A DNA stretch of 64,000 nt from an uncultured cyanobacterium (GTDB lineage Bacteria > Cyanobacteriota > Cyanobacteriia > Cyanobacteriales > CAWCAG01): assembly GCA_963793425.1 (NCBI GenBank), contig CAWCAG010000001.1:352001-416000 (forward strand), in the 5' to 3' direction. The notes under the pieces are model-generated. The model did no database searches. It saw nothing but the letters and a program-made list of their open reading frames with translations, and had not been told where the DNA came from. Position numbers and translations under genes: made by a program. Below are positions 40,470-48,914 of the stretch, one piece after another; position 1 is the first letter of the stretch; each line of letters begins with the position of its first letter.

Positions 40470-41723
40470 CTAGCTAACAGAGATAAAAAATAGAGGCCCG
40501 CCAATATCTTGAGGAATACCAGCACTCAGCTCTGTAGAGTTATAAACTCTCGTTTCCTGCAATGCTCCTAACTCAATACGATCATCATTTTCTAAGCGAT
40601 AAAGAGCTTGATCTAACTCTTCCCTAGAAAGGGGCGGTTGAAACTTATCTCGCAGGTAAAAAATTGGTAAATAATTATCCAAACTCATTTTATGATCTAA
40701 ATCTTTAATCGCTTGGAAAATCTCTTCATCTGTAGGTTTACTCTCTTCAACTTCTACTCTCTTTTCTGCAACTTCTTGCAACGAGAAGAAATGTTGATTA
40801 ACCTTCTCTAAACAATCTTTTCCTTGAGGAGTTAGCCAAACTTTTGCCCCTGTTCGCTTAACCTTCATCTCCGCCGTAACTAAACCTTTATCCAAGAAAT
40901 CTTGCAAAATCTTGTCTCTTACTGCGGCTTTAGGACTTTTAATTTCACTAGGTTTCGTTTTGCCTGTTTTAGCAATTTTTTCTAATACTTTAAACTCTTT
41001 TTCTGAAATTGGTGGTTTATTCCCTTGAGAGTTTAGTAAATCACTTCCCGGAGGAGCAACTTCTACAGTGGTGATATTTTTTTCTATCTCTGCGGTAACT
41101 AAACCTTTATCCAAAAAGTCTCTTAAAATCTCATCCCTCTCCGCTGCTTTAAGGCTTTTTTTATCAATCTTGAAATTAATCTTGCTCGGCTTCGTATTAC
41201 CTTTTTTAGCAACTTGCTCTAATACCTTAAACTCTTTCTCTGCTAGTGATAATTCCTTCGTTTCCAACTCCAACAAAGCAGTACCAGGAGGAGCAATTTC
41301 TACAGTGATAATATTTAGTTCCATCTCTGCTGAAACTAAATTCTTCTCCAAAAGAACTTGTAGAATTTTATCTCTCACCGCCGCCTTAAACTTTTTAGTT
41401 GTCAGGTCGCTTAACTTAGCCTTACCCTTTTTACCAATCTTTTCTAATACTTCCAACTCCTTAGCTGAAATCGGTAATTGCTTGGCTTCCAAATTCAGTA
41501 AAGCATTTCCTGGAGGGGCAATTTCTACAGTATCAATCTCACGACTAAAATCGACTATCCCCTTTTCCCTTAACTTCTGACAAATTTCGTCCCTTTGTTT
41601 GCTGTCAAGTTTGTTTTGTTTACTCTTGGACTTAGTTAAAAAAGAACTAAGAGATGCTTCTTGGTTAGAACAAGAAGCCAACTCTAACAAAAACTTCAGT
41701 TCAGCAAAATTCTTTGCATCCAT
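40470..41723 (-). CDS. RcaD-like winged-helix protein with three internal ~75-aa repeats
   Basis: ELKFLL N-terminus; three TVE(I/V)APPG repeats; C-terminus NYLPIFYLR ... LSREELDQALYRL ... GIPQDIGGPLFF. Confidence 0.7.
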   Translation of the reverse strand: MDAKNFAELKFLLELASCSNQEASLSSFLTKSKSKQNKLDSKQRDEICQKLREKGIVDFSREIDTVEIAPPGNALLNLEAKQLPISAKELEVLEKIGKKGKAKLSDLTTKKFKAAVRDKILQVLLEKNLVSAEMELNIITVEIAPPGTALLELETKELSLAEKEFKVLEQVAKKGNTKPSKINFKIDKKSLKAAERDEILRDFLDKGLVTAEIEKNITTVEVAPPGSDLLNSQGNKPPISEKEFKVLEKIAKTGKTKPSEIKSPKAAVRDKILQDFLDKGLVTAEMKVKRTGAKVWLTPQGKDCLEKVNQHFFSLQEVAEKRVEVEESKPTDEEIFQAIKDLDHKMSLDNYLPIFYLRDKFQPPLSREELDQALYRLENDDRIELGALQETRVYNSTELSAGIPQDIGGPLFFISVS

Positions 41724-41801
41724 AAGATGAGCGTCGCCTTACTTATATAGCTACAAGTTAATTTAACCTGATTTATGTGAAAAAGATAGGGGACGGGGTT
41801 G

Positions 41802-41841
41802 AGTAATAAGTAATAAGTAATAAGTAATAAGTAATAAGTAA
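41802..41841. repeat. Heptamer short tandem repeat (AGTAATA)n
   Basis: About 5.5 direct copies; the same motif occurs at 11787-11810. Confidence 0.9.
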
Positions 41842-42176
41842 AACCATTACTTAATCTACTTTGTTATCAGATGTTCGTAATTTACACAACTTCATCTTTA
41901 TAAATGTCAAGGGGGAAAATTTCCTCAAAAGAACGCATTTGCGTAGTTTAATGGTAGAATTGAAAAAATCACGCTGCTCTCAGTATGTCTAAAACCAAAA
42001 CGCAGTCTCTACAACGTCGATATATCCTTACCTTAGTTAGTATTTAGCTCTAAAACCAAGCGACTAGAAGCAATTTGAAAATCTAATTTTGAGACTAAGT
42101 TGAAAAGTTTTTTTGACGAAAAATACTATACATGATATAGGGATAGAAAAGATACCAAAAGCTTTACTTAGCAAAT

Positions 42177-42629
42177 ATGCTTATGAATTTAGAAGTTTCA
42201 TCTTCTGATAACTTTCTCATCACCCCTGAACCTTTATCCCTTGAGCAAGTCTACCAATTAGCAGATGATCCAGGAAATGGGGCTGTTGTGCTAATGAGTG
42301 GCATGGTACGTAATAAAACCGAAAACCGTTCCGTTGCCTACCTCGACTATCAAGCTTACGAACCGATGGCATTGCAAGTATTTGAGCAAATCGCCAAGGA
42401 AATTCACCAGAAATGGCCAGAAGTTAAACGAGTAGTCATTCACCATCGCATCGGTAAACTAAAAATTGGCGAAATCAGCGTCTTAATCGCCATCGGTTCC
42501 CCCCATAGAGCAGCAGCATTTGCCGCTTGCAGCTATGGCATTGATACCTTGAAATATAATGCGCCAGTTTGGAAAAAAGAATATTGGCAGGATGGTTCTT
42601 CTACCTGGGTTGTACCAAATCCGGCTTAG
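42177..42629 (+). CDS. moaE: Molybdopterin synthase catalytic subunit
   Basis: GAVVLMSGMVRN, HRIGKL, APVWKKE. Confidence 0.95.
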   Translation: MLMNLEVSSSDNFLITPEPLSLEQVYQLADDPGNGAVVLMSGMVRNKTENRSVAYLDYQAYEPMALQVFEQIAKEIHQKWPEVKRVVIHHRIGKLKIGEISVLIAIGSPHRAAAFAACSYGIDTLKYNAPVWKKEYWQDGSSTWVVPNPA

Positions 42630-42851
42630 CTGCACAGATTTTTTGTAGAGAAGTTGACGTACCTCAATGCCCATATAATCACTTTCTGGAGCAAGTGAAC
42701 AACGCCTGGGAAAATTTTCTAGAGTCAACATAATCTCGTAACATCCTCTCACCCAGGAATAAGCTCTTTGGGGAGAATCTTCCTTGAGCCAAAGAAAAAT
42801 TCTTTCGATATCTGCCACAGCAGTAGGAGAGATTTCAATCTGGTAGACCAT
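42630..42851 (-). pseudogene. RelE/ParE toxin, apparently truncated; frame runs on to 42483 antisense to moaE
   Basis: IEISPTAVADIERI ... LENFPRRCSLAPE ... EVRQLLY, after which the frame reads into the antisense of moaE. Confidence 0.65.
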
Positions 42852-43122
42852 GCTTATCCTTAAACTGTTGAAAAGCCTCCTTCAAAGGAAGACCTTCTCC
42901 TTGCTCAAACTCCTCAATACTTTTGCGGATACCTGCAATAGACTCAAGCAACTCAAGACGCTCCATTAGTTGCTGATAGCTATGAGCATCTTGAACAACC
43001 GCAGCAGCTTTACCGTTGACAGTAAGAACCATAGGAGACTTAGTTTCTTTGAGCTTGACGAGGAAGGCTTTAGCACCTCGCTGAAATTCAGAAAGAGGAT
43101 AAATATCACGAAGATTAAGCAT
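42835..43122 (-). CDS. Phd/YefM family antitoxin
   Basis: PLSEFQR; PMVLTVNGKAAAVV; overlaps the toxin start. Confidence 0.9.
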   Translation of the reverse strand: MLNLRDIYPLSEFQRGAKAFLVKLKETKSPMVLTVNGKAAAVVQDAHSYQQLMERLELLESIAGIRKSIEEFEQGEGLPLKEAFQQFKDKHGLPD

Positions 43123-43299
43123 AATATTATCAAAAAATAATCTAATAATTTGATGCTAACAGTTAGAAATTCTTTTGTCTAACTCAATTGGTTGTCCCTG
43201 AACAACTGAATAAATCCGGCGATCGCATCTTATTTGTATTAACGTGAACTACCAAACGAGAAATTTGGCTATGATGAAGTTGAATCAGCTAAATCGGTA

Positions 43300-43599
43300 A
43301 TGACAGAAAACAAGAAAACAGTAATGGTTTGCCAACATTGTTCTTGCCTTGAGAAGGGTTCAGCAGAGGTTTTGGCTGCTTTTCAAGCGGCTGACTTGCC
43401 AGAAGAAGTTGAGATAGTTGCTTCTGATTGTCAGGGACAATGTAGTGTTAGCCCGACGGTAAGAATCCTGCCAGAAGAAACTTGGTATTGTCGAGTCAAA
43501 CCAGAAGATGTCCCCTTGATTATCGAAGAAAATCTCCGCAAAAACCAGCGAGTGCAATCTAAACTAAACCCCAGCATCCATAGACGCTTCCACTTCTAA
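43300..43599 (+). CDS. Thioredoxin-like [2Fe-2S] ferredoxin
   Basis: VCQHCSC ... CQGQC ... WYCRV. Confidence 0.85.
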   Translation: MTENKKTVMVCQHCSCLEKGSAEVLAAFQAADLPEEVEIVASDCQGQCSVSPTVRILPEETWYCRVKPEDVPLIIEENLRKNQRVQSKLNPSIHRRFHF

Positions 43600-43614
43600 C
43601 CATTAGCTAGCAAA

Positions 43615-44442
43615 TTAAAGAATTTTTTCCAAACCATAAACCAAAGACTTCAGTTGAGTAACTTTGCGAATGGATAACAAAACTCCGGGCATATAACAGG
43701 AACGGTTGGAGGTATCGTGGCGGAGGGTGTAAATTTGCCCTGGCGCACCAAAAATCACCTCTTGGTGAGCAATTAAACCTGGTAAGCGGACGCTATGAAT
43801 GCGGATATTATCATCAGCAACACTGCCCCTTGCCCCTGGTAACTTCTCGCTTTCTTCCACTTCAGGAGAATTGTAAGTTTTACCTAAACCCGATAACATT
43901 TGCGCTGTCTTAATCGCTGTACCACTGGGGGCATCTGCTTTTTGGTTGTGGTGTAATTCAATAATTTCTACGTGATCAAAATATTGAGAAGCTTGAATGG
44001 CCGCTTGTTGTAACAACACCATACCAATAGCAAAATTGGGAATAATTAAGGCCCCGGTACTAGCTTTTTCCGCAAACTCTGCTAACTCTTGAATTTGCTT
44101 CTCACTTAAACCTGTTGTCCCCACCACCGGACGAACTCCATAGGCGATCGCAGACCTAACGTTCTCATAAACCCCATCAGGATGAGTGAAATCTACCATT
44201 ACCCCCTGGACTTTTTCTTGGGTAGCTAATACCAAAATACTTTGTAAATCATTAACAATCGGTACTTCTAACTCCCCGCACCCAGCCACTTCTCCCACAT
44301 CTTGTCCTTGAACATGGGAGTTTCTATCCACAGCCCCCAGCAGCATCATATCTTCTGCTTCGGAAACAGCCCGAACAACTTCGCGCCCCATTTTGCCCGC
44401 TGCACCGTTGATAACTACAGGAATAGGAGATTCATTAGCCAT
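43615..44442 (-). CDS. dapB: 4-hydroxy-tetrahydrodipicolinate reductase
   Basis: [22 protein letters not shown]. Confidence 0.97.
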   Translation of the reverse strand: MANESPIPVVINGAAGKMGREVVRAVSEAEDMMLLGAVDRNSHVQGQDVGEVAGCGELEVPIVNDLQSILVLATQEKVQGVMVDFTHPDGVYENVRSAIAYGVRPVVGTTGLSEKQIQELAEFAEKASTGALIIPNFAIGMVLLQQAAIQASQYFDHVEIIELHHNQKADAPSGTAIKTAQMLSGLGKTYNSPEVEESEKLPGARGSVADDNIRIHSVRLPGLIAHQEVIFGAPGQIYTLRHDTSNRSCYMPGVLLSIRKVTQLKSLVYGLEKIL

Positions 44443-44627
44443 AATTAAAATAAATATTTGAGCTTAACTTCGTAGAGTTTTAAGCTTACCAAAAGAGGTA
44501 GTCGGTAATCCACAAGATAATTTGCTTAACTAGAGTTTAAACTAGCCACAAACCATCCTACCAATTGCCAACTACCTCGCTTGTTTCATCCAGAAAGGAT
44601 TAAGAGAAGCTGTTCAGTTCAGTTTTT

Positions 44628-45383
44628 TTAAGAACGGCGATAGGGTACTTTATCAAGGCTGATATTCATCGCAGAAACCCTGGGCATATTACCAGCCTTG
44701 GGGTTAATATTGCGTGCCATATCCAAAAATTGATTAGGAGAACCCGCCACAGCCTTCTTATCTTGGGGAGTGAAGGTACGCACTTCGTTTTGCCAGATAA
44801 TTTGGGGGAAACCCAACTTGGCACGATAGTAATCATCGTAGCGAGGAGATTTGATATTAAAAGGTCGTTCGCCCTCTTCACGGCCAGGAAGTATCCGACG
44901 GCGTTGGAAAGGAACGGTATCATAGCCAAAGTTCTCTAAATACTCATCGCTATCTAGAAGCTGATCAACCAATCCCTTAATCCCTTTAGTAGCAACTACA
45001 ATAGACCAAGCAATTTTCTCTCGCTCATTGTAGGGTTCACGTCCCAAAACTTTTTGGATACAGTGTTCTACAAAACGGTAGTTGCTGTTCTTCTCATAGA
45101 AGCTATTTCTGTAGGTTTCAGAAAGTAACAGTCCGCGAATGAAATCCCGTACTGTAATCTGACCATTACGAAGTTGTGACTCTAGAACAGACTCGCGGTC
45201 TGCTTTAAAAGCATGGAAGAATATTTGACGATAAGCTGCTTCAATTAGCTCATCCATCGCTACAGAAGAAAGTATATCTTCTGTAGAATAAATCTTCGGC
45301 TGTTCGTCACCTGGAACCAGATATCCAGCCACACGCTGATTTTGGCTTTTGGGCGCGTATTCTAAAAGTGGAATAGCCACCAA
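44628..45383 (-). CDS. cpcG: Phycobilisome rod-core linker CpcG
   Basis: [41 protein letters not shown]. Confidence 0.95.
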   Translation of the reverse strand: MVAIPLLEYAPKSQNQRVAGYLVPGDEQPKIYSTEDILSSVAMDELIEAAYRQIFFHAFKADRESVLESQLRNGQITVRDFIRGLLLSETYRNSFYEKNSNYRFVEHCIQKVLGREPYNEREKIAWSIVVATKGIKGLVDQLLDSDEYLENFGYDTVPFQRRRILPGREEGERPFNIKSPRYDDYYRAKLGFPQIIWQNEVRTFTPQDKKAVAGSPNQFLDMARNINPKAGNMPRVSAMNISLDKVPYRRS

Positions 45384-45566
45384 TTAACCTCCAAAATATA
45401 AGTAAAAGTTTGCAAAGTTTAATCCCAATCATAAGCTAGGAAGGGACTCTCTATAGATTGAGTGACTAATCACAATCTTGATTCTTGAATTAACTTCATT
45501 TATCTTTACCTTTCTTCACCTAAAACTAGTAGTTAGTGGCTCTTTTTCTGAGCAAGTTGTTCTTCC

Positions 45567-46157
45567 TTACCAAGTCCTTAAAACATAAGCTGTGTCTTCG
45601 GGAAGGTCCTTAGTTTCAGAAGATTCATCTTCTTCAGCTTCTGTACGCACTTCTATACAGAAAGTAGCTGTGTTGAAACCACCAAATCTTTTCACTGTGC
45701 TGGTTCGCATCCGAATATCAGGACTAGCAAACCAAAAACGCTCAATAATGCTCATGGTTTCATATTCTGTAACCAAAACTAATCCCTCTTCATCATCCAT
45801 CTCATAATGTCCTGCCACGGGAACAATTTCGGCATAACCTCTTTCTCGTAGCAGTTTCCCTTTACGAGGGTTATCTGGTTCAGGTACAAGGGCAAACACA
45901 GTAGTTCCTTCATGACTTTCATCTTCTTTATCCCAAGCCATAGAACCATTCCAGCTTACAAAAGCTCCCCCTACTGTCAAGCTAGGATCTGTGTCGTGCA
46001 TCTGACAAATTTCTGCAACTTTAGGATCAGCTTTGTTTAAATACTCCACACGAATATCTGAATCCCCCGTTTCAGCACGTCTGAAGGGTAAATGATGAGT
46101 AGTACGTTGAGATTTCCATTTGCCAGCACTCTGCTGAAAAAATTCTTTAGCGTCCAT
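45567..46157 (-). CDS. cpcS: Phycobiliprotein lyase, CpcS/CpeS type
   Basis: FFQQSAGKWKSQRTTHHL, LRERGYAE, ERFWF. Confidence 0.9.
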   Translation of the reverse strand: MDAKEFFQQSAGKWKSQRTTHHLPFRRAETGDSDIRVEYLNKADPKVAEICQMHDTDPSLTVGGAFVSWNGSMAWDKEDESHEGTTVFALVPEPDNPRKGKLLRERGYAEIVPVAGHYEMDDEEGLVLVTEYETMSIIERFWFASPDIRMRTSTVKRFGGFNTATFCIEVRTEAEEDESSETKDLPEDTAYVLRTW

Positions 46158-46415
46158 ATGCGACTCTCCAATTTATCTCAGGTAATTTTCTTATTTTGTT
46201 CTTATTTTGACAGAGTTGAGCAATTCAGATTAAGGTTTTTGTAAAATTTTGTTACTTAAATTAGTTATCGCTTGACATGGTAGACATCTTGTAGTTGAGG
46301 TGTTAAGCTTTAGAAAATGTAGAAATACTTATTCAACCTCAAAAAAATAATGCTCAAAGGAGCAACAAGCCCTAAATATCGCTAAAGCTCACCTCACCTA
46401 TTCAGGAGTGAACCT

Positions 46416-46583
46416 ATGGAAACATCAGGACAATTAACTTTGGAGCAGCAATTCAAATTGCAAGTTTTCCGAGATCAAGTTAAAGGTTTAACCCAGGAGC
46501 AAGCACAAGAATATTTGTTAGAAGTTCTACGTCAAATGATGGTGAAAGACAATCTTTTCAAGAATCTTCTCAGGAACTCTTGA
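46416..46583 (+). CDS. nblA: Phycobilisome degradation protein NblA (55 aa, absent from the ORF track)
   Basis: METSGQLTLEQQFKLQVFRDQVKGLTQEQAQEYLLEVLRQMMVKDNLFKNLLRNS*; AGGAG at 46404-46408. Confidence 0.93.
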   Translation: METSGQLTLEQQFKLQVFRDQVKGLTQEQAQEYLLEVLRQMMVKDNLFKNLLRNS

Positions 46584-46609
46584 AATCTCAATAGGAGCAG
46601 CACATTTCC

Positions 46610-46641
46610 AAGGGCGTAACTGAACAGAGGTTGCGCCTCTT
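46610..46641. terminator. Hairpin between the convergent nblA and 46664-46873 genes
   Basis: AAGGGCGTAAC ... GTTGCGCCTCTT imperfect stem. Confidence 0.4.
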
Positions 46642-46663
46642 GTGGTTTTTCTACCTTCTTTAG

Positions 46664-46873
46664 CTAAAACATTTCTGAAACATCTCTAATTAAAGGTATG
46701 CGATCGCGAACATAAGCATATAAAGATTCACTTTCTTGAGGCTCAAGATATCTTTCTTGCTGAATCTGTTGAATAATCCAATTAACTAAATCTGTATCAC
46801 TGTGTTTGATGAGAATGCTAGGAGGAGCAACCTCAACAATAGACCAAAGCTGACGTAACAACGCAGTATTCAT
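46664..46873 (-). CDS. Small hypothetical protein
   Basis: 69 aa, LRQLWSIVE ... RIPLIRD; GGAG upstream. Confidence 0.75.
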   Translation of the reverse strand: MNTALLRQLWSIVEVAPPSILIKHSDTDLVNWIIQQIQQERYLEPQESESLYAYVRDRIPLIRDVSEMF

Positions 46874-47176
46874 TTGTAGCTCCGCATATCTGCTTAACTT
46901 TTCTCGAAAGTTAATCTTTTCTTTAGATTCATGTATACAATTCTACCCTTTGTTTCCTAACTGAGCAACAAAAGAACAGGGAATAGTATTTTTACTCATA
47001 ACTTACTAGTTATGATTCCTTAGTTCTTAATCGTAAGGGAACACTTTTTTATTTAGTTACGTTTTTATTTTCAAACCGTCATAAAAATTCAGGAATCTTT
47101 CTTGCTTGTGTTGAATACTAACTTTAGAATGACCGAACATGAATAGAAAAACATTCCGAGTAATTATTTTTCCACC

Positions 47177-47542
47177 ATGAGTAATTTATCAAAATCCTTC
47201 GCCCTAGCCACAGCGCTTTCTCTAGCTGCGATCGCAGTCAGTGCTACTGAAGCTATGGCTGTTTATTGTGCCAAAATAGAAGTAGCCAGAGGCCCTCTCA
47301 ATGTCCGTTCTGGTCCAGGGACAGCTTTTCGGGATGTTGGCAATATCCCCAAAGATAGCATTGTACGAGTAGAAGAAAGAAACAACGTACCGACTAATGA
47401 TCCTAACTGGAAGTGGTTGCGTATCTCCATGTACGAAACCTTAGCAGGGAACGCTGTTAGCTCTCCAGGTTGGATATCTTCTGATTTTGTCGGTCCCGGT
47501 TTTGCTTGCCAGTCTCCCTTGGCTAGGAAAATGGGGAGTTAG
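47177..47542 (+). CDS. Exported bacterial SH3-domain protein
   Basis: Signal peptide; LNVRSGPGT ... GWISSDF. Confidence 0.85.
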   Translation: MSNLSKSFALATALSLAAIAVSATEAMAVYCAKIEVARGPLNVRSGPGTAFRDVGNIPKDSIVRVEERNNVPTNDPNWKWLRISMYETLAGNAVSSPGWISSDFVGPGFACQSPLARKMGS

Positions 47543-47640
47543 GAAAATGGGGAGCTGGGGAGCTAGACTGTCCGGCTTTGCCCTTGTCGTAGACATCATT
47601 GTTCGGCTTGCCGTTGCCGTTAGGCATCATTGACTAGCAA

Positions 47641-48702
47641 TTAGCCAAAAGAAAAAACCCTTAAACCAGCTTCAACAACAGAAACATCTACCTTTGAACC
47701 CACAGGTAACACCTTACCAACAGTAGTACGGGCGCTAATTCTTTTTCCGGAGGGAGTTTGTAAGTCGTAGCGATGTTCTCGCCCTAAAAATTGGCGATCG
47801 CAGATTAACAAACTCCCTGTTTCTTTTGGTATTAACTGCAAATCTTCTTGGCGAATCATCAATTCACCTTGTTCAAAGTATTGATCTCCTCCACAAAGAA
47901 AATCACCAATTTCTGTATGCCAAAAATCTCCTTGGCGTTCCGCAAGCATAAAATTAGCTTGGGTAACAAACTCCGCCACAAAACGAGTAGCAGGTTCTTG
48001 ATATACTTCTTCAGGAGTTCCCTGCTGTTCTAAGCGCCCATTTTGCATCACCACTAAGCGATCAGAAATAGACAATGCTTCCTCTTGATCATGGGTAACA
48101 AAAATTGCTGATGTACCAGCCGCTTTAATAATCTCTCGCAGTTCTTGACGTAGGCGAAGGCGAACTTGTAAATCTAAGTTAGAAAGAGGTTCATCTAATA
48201 ATACTAAGGTAGGATGGGGAGCTAAAGCCCTCGCTAAAGCAACTCTTTGTTGCTGCCCTCCGGATAATTCATGGGGATAACGCTTTTCCAAACCTTCTAA
48301 ACCCACCAAACTCAGCACTTCTCCTACTCGCTTTCTGCTGTCTTTGCTTAAGCTATTACCAGAATGACTTAAACCGAAAGCAATATTTTTCCCTACATTC
48401 AAATGGGGGAAAAGAGCGTAATCTTGGAAAACCATACCTACATCTCGCTTTTCTGGGGAAACCCATTGTCCTTTCCCGGCAACGGTTTGTCCTGCGAGAG
48501 TAACTATGCCAGTTTGAGGCTCTTCAAATCCAGCGACAATGCGTAATAAGGTTGTTTTACCGCAACCGGAAGGGCCTAAAAAAGTTAACAAGTCCCCCTC
48601 TTGTAAACTCAAAGTTACCTTATCTACAGCAGGAGAATTAGAGCGAGGAAAGTATTTAGTAACTTTCTCTAAGTGCAAAATTACAGGTGCAGTCATTGCC
48701 AT
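47641..48702 (-). CDS. futC: Fe3+ ABC transporter ATP-binding subunit
   Basis: GPSGCGKT, FQDYALFPH, LSGGQQQR; divergent from an Fe3+ permease. Confidence 0.85.
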   Translation of the reverse strand: MAMTAPVILHLEKVTKYFPRSNSPAVDKVTLSLQEGDLLTFLGPSGCGKTTLLRIVAGFEEPQTGIVTLAGQTVAGKGQWVSPEKRDVGMVFQDYALFPHLNVGKNIAFGLSHSGNSLSKDSRKRVGEVLSLVGLEGLEKRYPHELSGGQQQRVALARALAPHPTLVLLDEPLSNLDLQVRLRLRQELREIIKAAGTSAIFVTHDQEEALSISDRLVVMQNGRLEQQGTPEEVYQEPATRFVAEFVTQANFMLAERQGDFWHTEIGDFLCGGDQYFEQGELMIRQEDLQLIPKETGSLLICDRQFLGREHRYDLQTPSGKRISARTTVGKVLPVGSKVDVSVVEAGLRVFSFG

Positions 48703-48914
48703 ATTCTAAACAAAAAAAGCCATCAATTTTGGGGAACAGAAGAAATGCACTTGTCTGACCTGATGAAAATTAAGTGACAATAACTAAGTGATAATAATTA
48801 GTTTTGCTGAAAATGTCACTCTTTCTCTAGCACTCTATCAATTTTTGTAGTAAAGTGTTTCTTGAGATTAATTCCTAATTAGAACTTTTACCTTACTTTG
48901 GAGCTTAAGTCAAA

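Noticed and set aside
46241..46255. NtcA box upstream of nblA
   Set aside because: GTA-N9-TAC rather than the canonical GTA-N8-TAC.
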